A stretch of 64,000 nt of DNA. It comes from an uncultured bacterium (GTDB taxonomy: Bacteria; Krumholzibacteriota; Krumholzibacteriia; LZORAL124-64-63). The notes under the pieces were generated by a model. It was not told where the DNA came from, made no database searches, and saw only the letters and a program-made list of their open reading frames with translations. The position numbers were made by a program, and so were the translations under genes. Positions within the stretch are counted from its first letter, which is position 1; the number at the start of each line of letters is the position of its first letter. Shown here piece after piece: positions 29,479 through 38,925 of this stretch. The stretch is from positions 64,001 through 128,000 of the forward strand of contig CAVSZB010000003.1 in the NCBI GenBank assembly GCA_963732385.1, given 5' to 3'.

Positions 29479-30441
29479 ATGGCGGATCAGAAGCACGGCG
29501 ATGGCGGCGAGCAGCAGGCCCCCATCATCGTCATCAAGAAGGGCGGTCACGGCGGGCACCACGGCGGCGCCTGGAAAGTGGCCTACGCCGATCTGGTGAC
29601 GTCGATGATGTCGCTGTTCATCGTGCTCTGGCTCACCTCTCAGAAACAGGAGGTCAAGGAAGCGGTCGCCGGCTACTTCCGCGACCCCGGCGCCTTCAAC
29701 AAGGCCGCCCACGGCGGCGTGCTCGACGGCGCCTCGATCCTGCCGGAGCAGGGGGGCGGCTCGGGTCCGAACGGAGCGCAGCCCACTCCGGAGCAGGTGC
29801 GCGAGGCGCAGGAGAAGATTCTCGAATCGACCGCCGAGAAGGTGCGCGAAAGTCTCGCCGGCATGCCGGACTTCAAGCAGCTCGAGGGACAGATCGAAAT
29901 CAAGATGACCGAGGTGGGCCTGAACATCCAGCTCGTGGAGAAATCGAACTCCCTCTTCTTCGACGTCGGCAGCCAGAACCTCAGCGCCAGCGCGCGCGAG
30001 GTCATGAGCGTGCTTGCCACCCGCCTGGGCGAACTGCCGAACAAGCTGGCGATCGAGGGGCACACCGACAGCCGTCCCTACCCCGCCGGCGCGGCCTACA
30101 CGAACTGGGAGCTTTCCGCCGATCGCGCCAACAGCGCCCGCCGCTTCATGCTTGAGCACGGGCTGCGCCCCGGCCAGGTGGCCGAGGTGCGCGGCTTCGC
30201 CGACACGCGTCCCCGCAATCCCGCCGACGCCACCGACGTCCAGAACCGACGCATCAGCATCACCGTGCTGTACGACGAGGCGGCGCAGAAGGCGGCAGTG
30301 GCCGCGGCGACGATGACCATCGGCGAGGGAGCGGCCACGTTCGTCGTGCGGGACGGAGGCGGGGCCATGTCCCACGATGCCGCGTCCGGCGGCGGGCGCG
30401 AGGCCCTCGAGTCATCGTCCGCGCACGGGACCGGTCGCTGA
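29479..30441 (+). CDS. motB: Flagellar motor stator protein MotB
   Basis: 'HHGGAWKVAYADLVT' (essential Asp), 'EGHTD', 'NWELSADRA', 'NRRISI'. Confidence 0.95.
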   Translation: MADQKHGDGGEQQAPIIVIKKGGHGGHHGGAWKVAYADLVTSMMSLFIVLWLTSQKQEVKEAVAGYFRDPGAFNKAAHGGVLDGASILPEQGGGSGPNGAQPTPEQVREAQEKILESTAEKVRESLAGMPDFKQLEGQIEIKMTEVGLNIQLVEKSNSLFFDVGSQNLSASAREVMSVLATRLGELPNKLAIEGHTDSRPYPAGAAYTNWELSADRANSARRFMLEHGLRPGQVAEVRGFADTRPRNPADATDVQNRRISITVLYDEAAQKAAVAAATMTIGEGAATFVVRDGGGAMSHDAASGGGREALESSSAHGTGR

Positions 30442-30454
30442 GCCGGTTCGCGGC

Positions 30455-31918
30455 CTACGTCCGTCTCGGCAGACGGCGCCACACCTGGTACACCGGCACT
30501 CCGAGCGCGACGATGATCAGTCCGGGCCAGGTGTACTTCGGCTTGACGATCAGCAGGTCGACGCAGATCGCGAAGGCGATGATCACGTAGAGCGCCGGCA
30601 GGATCGGGTAGCCGGGGGCGCGGTACGGACGCTCCGCGTCCGGCAGGCGGCGGCGCAGGATGAAGATCCCCACCACGCTCAGCGCGTAGAAGATCAGCAC
30701 CGAAAAGATCACGTAGTCGAGCAGGTCGCCGTACTTGCCGGTCAGGCAGAGCGCGCACGACCAGATCCCCTGCAACACGAGCGCCGTGGCCGGCACGTGG
30801 TGGCGGTTCAGCGTGCCGGTGCCCCGGAAGAAGAGGCCGTCGCGCGCCATCGCGTAGTAGACGCGCGCGCCGGTGAGGATCATGCCGTTGTTGCAGCCGA
30901 AGGTGCTGATCATGATGCAGACCGCCATCACGACGGCGGCCGCGGCGCCTAGGATGGTCGAGGCGGCGGCGGTGCCGACCCGGTCGTCGGTGGCGAACTG
31001 GATGCCGCGGCCGACCGCGTCGGCTGCCCGCGGGTCGCCGGCGATCGGCAGGGCCAGGATGTAAGCCAGGTTCGCCAGCATGTAGAGCACGACCACGACC
31101 GCCACTCCGAGCACCAGCGCCCGGGTGATCGTGCGCCGCGGATCGACCGTCTCTCCGGCGGTGAAGGTGACGTTGTTCCAGGCGTCGCACGCGAAGAGCG
31201 AGCCGACCGACGCGGCGCCGATCGCCATCAGCAGGCCCATCCCCGACAGCGTCTCGCGCACGACCGCCCCGTCCGCGCCGACCACGGCGCGACTGGCGGC
31301 CCAGAAATCGTGGAAGTTCGTGGCCAGCGCCGCGGGGTTGCGCCCGAGAGTCAGCCCCAGCGCCACCAGCCCGAGCAGCGCCGCGGCCTTGATGACCGTG
31401 AACCCGTCCTGCACGAATTTGCCCTCGCGCAGCCCGAGTGTGTTGAGCCAGGTCAGCAGCGCGATGCTGGCGATCGCGAGCAGTTGTGCGGCGTTGACGT
31501 GCAGGGCGCCGAGCGAGAAGACGACGTTCTGCTCGCCGAGCGCCGGCACCAGCACGGCGGTGTACTTGGCGAACGCCATGCCGACGGCGGCGATCGAGCC
31601 GGTCTGGATCACCATGAAGAGCGTCCAGCCGTAGAGGAAACCCACCAGCGGTCCGAAGATCTCGCGCAGATAGACATACTGGCCGCCGGCCTGCGGCATC
31701 ATCGCCGACAACTCGCCGTAGCAGGCGGCCGCCAGCAGCGTGACCAGACCACTGAACAGCCAGACCGCCAGCAGCCAGCCGGCCGAGCCGACCGTGCGCG
31801 CGATGTCGCTGCTGACGATGAAGATGCCCGACCCGATCATCACCCCCATGACGATCATGGTGGCGTCGAACAGCCGGATCTCGCGGCGGAACTCGCGCTC
31901 GTGGCCGGATGAGGTCAT
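30455..31918 (-). CDS. APC-family amino acid permease
   Basis: 'MIGSGIF', 'YGELSAMMPQAGGQY', 'RVYYAMARDG', 'RPYRAPGYP'. Confidence 0.93.
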   Translation of the reverse strand: MTSSGHEREFRREIRLFDATMIVMGVMIGSGIFIVSSDIARTVGSAGWLLAVWLFSGLVTLLAAACYGELSAMMPQAGGQYVYLREIFGPLVGFLYGWTLFMVIQTGSIAAVGMAFAKYTAVLVPALGEQNVVFSLGALHVNAAQLLAIASIALLTWLNTLGLREGKFVQDGFTVIKAAALLGLVALGLTLGRNPAALATNFHDFWAASRAVVGADGAVVRETLSGMGLLMAIGAASVGSLFACDAWNNVTFTAGETVDPRRTITRALVLGVAVVVVLYMLANLAYILALPIAGDPRAADAVGRGIQFATDDRVGTAAASTILGAAAAVVMAVCIMISTFGCNNGMILTGARVYYAMARDGLFFRGTGTLNRHHVPATALVLQGIWSCALCLTGKYGDLLDYVIFSVLIFYALSVVGIFILRRRLPDAERPYRAPGYPILPALYVIIAFAICVDLLIVKPKYTWPGLIIVALGVPVYQVWRRLPRRT

Positions 31919-32162
31919 GCCGGGCTCCTTGTAATGGTGCGCCGGAACCGGCCGGCCGTCCCCCCCGTGGGCCGGCCGGAAGCGACGCGGGCGGCCACCG
32001 CCCCCCGCGCCGGGGCGCGAGTCTAGCGCAGGCCGCCGCCATGGACCAAGATCGTTCCTGCCCCCGCGCGACCATGGCGGCCCGCCCCGCGCTGTGGCAT
32101 CTTGGGGGGCGTCCACGCCGACCGTCGTCTGGCCCGCGCCCCGATGTAGAAAGGACCGCCCC

Positions 32163-33386
32163 ATGTTCCGCTCACGCTTCGCCATCGTCCTGGCCGTGGT
32201 GGCCGGACTCTGTTTCGCGTTCGCCATCGCCCCGCCGCCCGCCGCCCGCGCGGGTCTGCCCAAGCTGAAGGACAAGCTGAAGGAGGCGAAGGCGAAGGCG
32301 GAATCGGCGGCGGAGGCCGCGGTCTCCGACAAGGACGCTCCCGCGCCGGCCGAGCCGGAACAGGCGGACGAAGCGGCCGGCCAGGCAGCCGGAACGACAG
32401 CCCCCGCCGCTGGCGGCGCCGCCGGCGCCGACATGGCGCTCTATACTAAATACGACTTCGTGCCGGGCGACCGGACCATCTTCTACGACGACCTCGCCGG
32501 CGACGAAATGGGCGAATTCCCGCACCGCTGGCGCCTCGACGACGGCGTGTTCGAGGTGGCGAAATTCGCCGGCGAAACGTGGATCCTGAACACGAACAAG
32601 GGCTCGATCCGTCCCGACATCGCCGACGGCCTGCCGCCGCGCTACACGGTCGAGCTGGAGATCTGGGACGGCGGACCCGAAACGAAGGGGCACTGGCACT
32701 TCATCCGGTGGGTCGACGCGGAGGGGCAGGACATCGGCGACTTCGCCGTGAAGGATCACCAGAACACCTATTTCAACCTGAACGGCGACCAGAAGGCGGA
32801 CAAGGCGCTGCCTCAGCCGCTCGCCAAAGGCAAGCACACCATGCGCGTGATGGTGACCCCATCGACCATCAAGTGCTACGTCGACAACGAGCGCGTGGCG
32901 AACATCCCGAAGGTGACCGGCTGGAACCCGGTCGGGCTGCGCGTGATGCTCGATCCCTGGAACGAAGGGGAGGCGCCGCTGATCATGCGCGGCTTCCGCC
33001 TCGCCGAGGGGGGCAAGACCCTGAAGGACCAGTTGGCCGAGACCGGCCGCATCGTCACCCACGGCATCCTGTTCGACTCCGGCTCCGCCGAGATCAGGGG
33101 CGAGTCGTACAAGACGCTCTCGCTGATCGCCGAGCTGCTGGCCGGCGACCCGGCGCTCCGCCTCTCGATCGAGGGACACACCGACAGCGACGGTGTTGAC
33201 GACGCCAACCTGACGCTCTCCCGGAAGCGCGCCGACGCCGTGAAGGCGTGGCTGGTCGCCCAGGGCACCGCGGCCGACCGCCTGCAGACACAGGGGTTCG
33301 GCGAGGCGAAGCCGATCGATGCCAGCGCCACGCCCGAGGGCAAGGCAAACAACCGCCGCGTGGAACTGGTACGACTGACAGCGTAG
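32163..33386 (+). CDS. OmpA-family peptidoglycan-binding secreted protein
   Basis: Signal peptide, 'YDFVPGD', C-terminal 'ILFDSG..IEGHTD..LSRKRA..NRRVE'. Confidence 0.9.
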   Translation: MFRSRFAIVLAVVAGLCFAFAIAPPPAARAGLPKLKDKLKEAKAKAESAAEAAVSDKDAPAPAEPEQADEAAGQAAGTTAPAAGGAAGADMALYTKYDFVPGDRTIFYDDLAGDEMGEFPHRWRLDDGVFEVAKFAGETWILNTNKGSIRPDIADGLPPRYTVELEIWDGGPETKGHWHFIRWVDAEGQDIGDFAVKDHQNTYFNLNGDQKADKALPQPLAKGKHTMRVMVTPSTIKCYVDNERVANIPKVTGWNPVGLRVMLDPWNEGEAPLIMRGFRLAEGGKTLKDQLAETGRIVTHGILFDSGSAEIRGESYKTLSLIAELLAGDPALRLSIEGHTDSDGVDDANLTLSRKRADAVKAWLVAQGTAADRLQTQGFGEAKPIDASATPEGKANNRRVELVRLTA

Positions 33387-33421
33387 GGCCGGGCGGCGGG
33401 CCTCAGGGGGGGCTTCGCCGG

Positions 33422-33579
33422 AGTCCTTCCTTACAGAGACTGCTACGCGTGCAACAAGTGCGCGGGCGGAATCGATTCGGTGCGAGCCGTCGGCGCCCGA
33501 TCGCGCTCCCGGAAGGTCGATCCCGGCCTGCATATCCGTGAAATAGTTGCTTCAGTAGTAGTCTCTGTAAGGAAGGACT
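33422..33579. mobile_element. Putative 158-bp MITE-like element (repeat copies B and C as inverted repeats)
   Basis: 25-bp inverted repeats AGTCCTTCCTTACAGAGACT(G/A)CTAC at 33422-33446 and 33555-33579 (24/25 match). No target-site duplication evident. Confidence 0.6.
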
Positions 33580-33652
33580 TCGTACCGCCCCGCAGGCCGC
33601 GCCCACCTGGCCCGCGGTTGCCGGAAGCCCTCACGCCTGCGATCTTGGGCCG

Positions 33653-34522
33653 ATGCGCGATAACTACCGCAAGGCGGTCCTCTGCCTGTTGCTGTCCGCC
33701 TTCGGCTTCGCGCTGATGTCGGCGGCCGTGAAGCTGGCCGGGCCGCTGCCGCTGGCGCAGAAGGTGTTCTTCCGCAACTTCGTCACCCTGCTGATCACGA
33801 CCGGCACGGCGCTGCGGCTGCGGGAGAATCCGCTGACCCGCGCGCGCCACCGCTGGCTGCTTCTGGCCCGCTCGACGGCCGGGCTGACCGGCGTCTTCCT
33901 CTACTTCTACGCGGTCGATCACCTGAGCCTGGCCGATGCCGCCATCCTCACCAAGCTGGCTCCGTTCTTCGTCATGCTGTTCGCCGCCTGGCTGCTGCGC
34001 GAGAAGCTGGCGCGGGGCGCCTGGCCGCTGCTGTGCGTGGCGCTGGCCGGGGCGGCGCTGGTCGTCAAGCCGCGCCTCGACATGGCGCTCTGGCCGGCGC
34101 TGGCGGGCGTGGGCTCGGCGGTGGTGTCGGGGCTCGCCTACACGCTCGTGCGCAAGCTGAAGAACCGCGAGCCGGCCCACCGGATCGTCTTCTGGTTCTC
34201 GCTCGTCTCGACAGCGGTGACTCTGCCGCTGATGCTCGCCGTGTACGTGGCGCCGACCGGACGGCAGTGGCTCTGCCTGCTCGGGACCGGCCTGTTCGCG
34301 GCCGTGGGGCAGTTCGCGCTGACGTGGGGCTACCAGCTGGGGATGGCGTCGCGGGTGGCGGTCTACGACTACTCGCTGATCCTCTGGTCGCTGCTGCTCG
34401 ACCTGGCGCTGTGGCGCGCGCGGCCCGACGCGGTGAGCCTCGTTGGCGGGACGCTGATCGTGGCGGCCGGCGTGGTCAATCACCGGCGCGCCATGCGCGA
34501 GAGCGCCGCGGGCGCCATCTGA
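33653..34522 (+). CDS. DMT/EamA-family transporter
   Basis: About 10 TM in two EamA repeats; 'VFFRN', 'RIVFWF'. Confidence 0.9.
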   Translation: MRDNYRKAVLCLLLSAFGFALMSAAVKLAGPLPLAQKVFFRNFVTLLITTGTALRLRENPLTRARHRWLLLARSTAGLTGVFLYFYAVDHLSLADAAILTKLAPFFVMLFAAWLLREKLARGAWPLLCVALAGAALVVKPRLDMALWPALAGVGSAVVSGLAYTLVRKLKNREPAHRIVFWFSLVSTAVTLPLMLAVYVAPTGRQWLCLLGTGLFAAVGQFALTWGYQLGMASRVAVYDYSLILWSLLLDLALWRARPDAVSLVGGTLIVAAGVVNHRRAMRESAAGAI

Positions 34523-34575
34523 CGGCACCCCCGCCGAAAATTCATCATTAATTCCGAATTTGCCCCGGGCCGGTC

Positions 34576-36174
34576 CTAGAGGGCCGCGCCGTGGCGACGC
34601 AGCGTCTTGAGCTTGGCGTTGAGCCCCTGCGGGGTCATGCCGAGCCGGCGGGCGGCTTCGGCCTGCGACTTCGTGGCGCCGAGCAGCCGGGAGATGACGG
34701 TCGCCTCGACGGCGAACATCGCCTCGCCGTACGGCTTGCCGGAGGCGAGGAGGCGTTCCACGACGGCGCCGACCCAGTCGTCGCCGCCGGCCGGCGGCGG
34801 GGCGTCGGTGCCGAGCCCCTGCTCCTCGAGGGCGCGCGCCACGAGGGCGCGGTCGATCACGCGGGCGCCGTCGGGGCCGACCGGTGCGTCCACGAGGCAG
34901 CGGGTGAGGATCCCCTGCAGTTCGCGCACGTTGCCGGGCCACGGGTAGGCGCGCAGGGCGCGCCAGGCGCCGGGGTCGAGCGAGGCGTCGGCGCCGTAGC
35001 GCTCGCGCCAGCGGGTCAGCAGGGCGTCGCACAGCAGCGGCAGGTCCTCGAGCCGCTCGCGCAGCGGCGGCAGGCGCAGGGTGTACTGCGCGAGACGGAA
35101 GTACAGGTCGGGGCGGAAATCCTCCTGCCGGACGAGGCGGCGCAGATCGCGGGCGGAGGCCGCCACGATACGCACGTCCACCCGCTCCGGTTTGGTCGAT
35201 CCGGCGCGGTAGACCTCACCTGCCTGAAGGACCCGCCAGAGGCGCGCCTGCGTCTCGCGCGGGAGGGCATCGACCTCGTCCAGGAAGAGGGTGCCGCCGG
35301 CGGCGGTGCCGACGAGACCGGGGCTGTCGGTGGTGGCGCCGGAAAAGGCGCCGCGGACATGCCCGAACAGGTGCGAGTCGATCAGCGTGGGGGGGACGGC
35401 GCCGCACTTCACCGGGAGGAACGGACGGCCGCCGCGCGCGCTGAGCCGGTGGACCCAGGCGGCGAGCAGCTCCTTGCCGGTGCCGCTCTCGCCGACGATC
35501 AGCACGGGCGCCTCGGAGCGGGCCACGAGAGCGGCCCGGTCGTAGATTTCCCGGAAGGCCGGCAGGCGGCTGAGTTCGCGGCCGTCGGCGTCGCGCAGGG
35601 CGTCGTTGTCGACACCGCGCTCCTCGTCGAGGGGGGAGGGGGCGGACGCCGGGGCGGCGGCGGCCGGGTCGGCCGGCGCGGCGGCGGACCCGGAGGCAGC
35701 CGTCGCCCCAGCCTCGGCCCAGCGCAGACGGACCGCGCGGCGGGCCGGGTCGGGCTCGGCGGGGTCGGACCAGTTGGCGTGGATCTCGCCGGGGTGAGTG
35801 GTGCTGCCGATCCAGAGCAGCGCCACCGACATCGCTTTGGTGCCGGGGGTGAGGAGGTAACAGCGGCGGCCGTCGCGGAACGCTTCGTGCCGCGACGCCA
35901 CCTCGTCGAGCACCCGCGCGGTGCGCGAGTGGACATCGTCGAAATCGTCCGGCCGCGGCAGCTCCACCCCGACCATCTCCGCGCGGACCCGACGGCTCAG
36001 GGTGAGCCAGGCGGCGTACCCGGTGGCCGCGGCGCCGTGGTTGTGAAGGAGGAGCACGCGGTCGAACGTGGCCGAGCGCAGGAACTCCGCCACCGGCCCC
36101 TCGCCGGGGCCGGGATGCCCCTTGGAGGCGGCCAGATCTTCGTCGCCGAGCCATGTAATGAGCCAGGATGACAT
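34576..36174 (-). CDS. Sigma-54-dependent activator with RtcR/CARF-like N-terminal domain
   Basis: N-terminal 'WLITWLGDEDL..GPV..FDRVLLL..LTPGTKAM'; AAA+ 'GESGTGKE', 'GAFSGA', 'FLDEV', 'WPGNVREL'; C-terminal HTH. Confidence 0.85.
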   Translation of the reverse strand: MSSWLITWLGDEDLAASKGHPGPGEGPVAEFLRSATFDRVLLLHNHGAAATGYAAWLTLSRRVRAEMVGVELPRPDDFDDVHSRTARVLDEVASRHEAFRDGRRCYLLTPGTKAMSVALLWIGSTTHPGEIHANWSDPAEPDPARRAVRLRWAEAGATAASGSAAAPADPAAAAPASAPSPLDEERGVDNDALRDADGRELSRLPAFREIYDRAALVARSEAPVLIVGESGTGKELLAAWVHRLSARGGRPFLPVKCGAVPPTLIDSHLFGHVRGAFSGATTDSPGLVGTAAGGTLFLDEVDALPRETQARLWRVLQAGEVYRAGSTKPERVDVRIVAASARDLRRLVRQEDFRPDLYFRLAQYTLRLPPLRERLEDLPLLCDALLTRWRERYGADASLDPGAWRALRAYPWPGNVRELQGILTRCLVDAPVGPDGARVIDRALVARALEEQGLGTDAPPPAGGDDWVGAVVERLLASGKPYGEAMFAVEATVISRLLGATKSQAEAARRLGMTPQGLNAKLKTLRRHGAAL

Positions 36175-36328
36175 GGAGAAAACATAAACGATCAGAGGAT
36201 TATTATCAACAAAAAGAATATAAATTCTCGATTGAAGGCCATTTCAGTCAAACAATTCCGGAATACTCCCAGTCCGGGCGCGAAAGGGTCCCGACTGGCG
36301 GGCCGAGCCCTCGATGGGGGGGCGGCCG

Positions 36329-36368
36329 GCCTTCCTGACAGAGACTGCTACGTATGCAAAAAGTGCGC
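36329..36368 (+). repeat. Dispersed repeat, copy D
   Basis: CCTTCCTGACAGAGACTGCTACGTATGCAAAAAGTGCGC. Confidence 0.85.
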
Positions 36369-36446
36369 ATGCCGGTCTGGTCAGCCACGGGCCCGCTCCC
36401 CTTCCGGGCGGTTGCCGGACGTGGCCCCGCCTGTCATGATGGGCCC

Positions 36447-38798
36447 ATGCGTGAACACTATCGCCCAACGTTTTTCCGTCTGCCGCTGGTTGCCCTGACG
36501 GCGCTTGTCGCCGTCTCTGCGCCGGCCTGTCCCGCCGCCACCGTGCCGTCGGCGGACGACCCGCCGCCCGTCTCCCGGACCATCGATCAGGTTCCCGACG
36601 AGGCGCTCCGCCGCGGCGCCCCGGTCGTGCCGGAGCGCTCCGAGGACGAGCCCGACCCGCTGCCGCGCCGCCCCCGCATCGGTCTCGCCCTCGGCGGCGG
36701 CGGCGCCTGCGGCTTCGCCCATGTGGGGGTGCTGAGAGTCCTCGAGGAGTTGCGGATCCCGATCGACTTCGTGGCCGGCACGAGCATGGGAGCGGTGGTG
36801 GGCGGGCTCTACGCCGTCGGCCTGACCCCTGCCCAGATCGAGTCGGCTCTGGTGCCGCTCGACTGGAAAGACATCTTCTCCGACCGCCCCGATCGCGGCG
36901 ACCGCTCGCTGCGCGCCAAGCTTGACGACCGCGCCGAGCTGTTCGACCTCGAGCTCGGTTTCGCCGGCGGCGGCTTCGTTCTGCCCCGCGGCCTGGTCGC
37001 CGGCCAGAAGCTGGCGTTCGCCCTCCCGGTCCCCGAACTGCTGGTCCCTACGCCCGGCGGCTTCGACCACCTGCCGACCCCTTTCCGCGCCGTCGCCACC
37101 GACCTGCGCACCGGCGAAGCCGTCGCCATCTCCGGCGGCGACCTCATGCGCGCCATGCGCGCCAGCATGGCCGTGCCCGGCGTCTTCCCCCCGGTCGACC
37201 TCGATGGCCGCCTCCTGATGGATGGCGGTCTCTCGCTGACGCTCCCGGTCAACGTCGTCCGCGCCATGGGCGCCGACATCGTCATCGCCGTCGATGTGAT
37301 CCGCCCCCTCGACCGCGCCACCCCCGACGACTTCGAATCCCTTCCCGGCCTGGCCCGCCAGGTCGGCGCCCTGTTATCCCGCCGCACCACCCGCGACCAG
37401 CTCCCCCAGGCCCAGCTGGTGATCGCCCCCGACCTGGAGATGATGAGCAGTGGCTCCTTCGGCCGCGCCGCCTGGGCAGTGGAGCGCGGCGCCGACGCCA
37501 CCCACGATCTGGCCGCCAGACTGGCCCCCTGGTCCCTCCCCCCGGACGAGTTCGCGGTCCACGAAGCCGCCCGCGCCCGCCGTACCCGGAAACCGGTCCA
37601 GGTGGCGGCCATCGACATCGTGAACACGTCCCCCCTGGACGACTGGGTCATCGAAAGCCGTCTCGCCCTCGTCCCGACCAGAAGCCTCGACTGGCGCCGC
37701 CTCGACCGCGGCATCTCCAGAATCTGGGAGCTGGGCCGCTTCGAATCCGTCACCACAGACCTGCGTCCCCAGGGCGAAGCCTGGCGCCTGCGCATCCTCG
37801 CCAGGGAAAAATCCTACGCCCCGAACGTGCTGCACTTCGGCTTCGCGCTGGAAGACGACTTCGCCGGCGACGCCCGCTACGACCTGCGGGCCCGCTGGAC
37901 CCGCCACGCCATCAACCCGCTCAACGGCGAACTCCGCCTTGACGGCGCCATCGGATCGTCGCCAGGCATCGCCGCCGAGTGGTACCAGCCATTCGCCTAC
38001 GACCAGTCCTCTTTCATCTCCCTCCGCGGCGAGCTGGTCACCACCCGCCACACTCTGCATGACGAGGGCGCCCACCCCGCCGACTACCGCCTCCGCAGCG
38101 CCCAGGGCGCCGGCGACATAGGACATCAATTCGGCAATAGAGCCGAACTGCGCGCGGGGGCGGTTTATGGCACTGATCGGGCACGGCTGACGACGGGTGA
38201 TGCGGATATCGCGTCCCTGTCCGGTCGTCATGGCGGATGGACCGCCAGACTCATCTGGGACACGCTGGATGACCGCGGATTCCCGAAGAAGGGGGTCGCG
38301 CTGGACGCGAACTGGTATCGGGCCGAGCCGCAGCTCGCGGCGCCGTTCGTGTACGACCGGATGCAGGCGAATCTGCGCGGCTACGCCACGCTGGGGCAGA
38401 ACACGCTCTGGGCAGGGGTGGAGGGCGGGAGCGATCTGCGGACGGAGATGCCGGAATTCGATCGGTTCAGGCCGGGGGGGCTGTTCTCGTTCTCGGGGTA
38501 TCGCGAAGGGCGGCTGGCTGGACCGTCGTACGGCATAGCCCGCGCGGGATACTGGCGCGCGATCAATCCGCACGTGGGGAGCTTCAGGCCGCGGCACCAT
38601 CTCGGGTTCTGGATGGAGGCGGGGGATGCGTGGGCAGACCCGCGCGAGGCGCGACTGCGCGAACTCAGGTGGTCGGTGACGGTGGCGCTGGGGGCGAAGA
38701 CCCCGGTGGGGCCGGCCTATCTGGCATGGGCGAGGGCGGACGACGGGGGAGAGGCGTGGTACCTCACGATCGGGAAGAAGCCGATGGACTCGCGGTAG
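36447..38798 (+). CDS. Patatin-like phospholipase with POTRA and BamA-type barrel (PlpD/type Vd-like)
   Basis: 'LGGGGACG', 'GTSMG', 'DGG', C-terminal barrel 'TPVGPAYLAW..WYLTIG'. Confidence 0.88.
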   Translation: MREHYRPTFFRLPLVALTALVAVSAPACPAATVPSADDPPPVSRTIDQVPDEALRRGAPVVPERSEDEPDPLPRRPRIGLALGGGGACGFAHVGVLRVLEELRIPIDFVAGTSMGAVVGGLYAVGLTPAQIESALVPLDWKDIFSDRPDRGDRSLRAKLDDRAELFDLELGFAGGGFVLPRGLVAGQKLAFALPVPELLVPTPGGFDHLPTPFRAVATDLRTGEAVAISGGDLMRAMRASMAVPGVFPPVDLDGRLLMDGGLSLTLPVNVVRAMGADIVIAVDVIRPLDRATPDDFESLPGLARQVGALLSRRTTRDQLPQAQLVIAPDLEMMSSGSFGRAAWAVERGADATHDLAARLAPWSLPPDEFAVHEAARARRTRKPVQVAAIDIVNTSPLDDWVIESRLALVPTRSLDWRRLDRGISRIWELGRFESVTTDLRPQGEAWRLRILAREKSYAPNVLHFGFALEDDFAGDARYDLRARWTRHAINPLNGELRLDGAIGSSPGIAAEWYQPFAYDQSSFISLRGELVTTRHTLHDEGAHPADYRLRSAQGAGDIGHQFGNRAELRAGAVYGTDRARLTTGDADIASLSGRHGGWTARLIWDTLDDRGFPKKGVALDANWYRAEPQLAAPFVYDRMQANLRGYATLGQNTLWAGVEGGSDLRTEMPEFDRFRPGGLFSFSGYREGRLAGPSYGIARAGYWRAINPHVGSFRPRHHLGFWMEAGDAWADPREARLRELRWSVTVALGAKTPVGPAYLAWARADDGGEAWYLTIGKKPMDSR

Positions 38799-38925
38799 CA
38801 GGTGCCGGCCTCCAATGACAGGCGGCGAGCGTACAGGCCGGCAGAGGCGGAAACGGATCCCTGTACGACCGCGTGTCTGTTCCATTTTCGACGAACGGTG
38901 ATTCTCCGAAGATGGGAGGAATGGG

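Noticed and set aside
28566..33386. Zorya-type defence system (ZorAB plus OmpA protein)
   Set aside because: MotA has canonical flagellar motifs and no long ZorA tail, there is no zorC/D/E, and the OmpA gene is separated by an opposite-strand permease.
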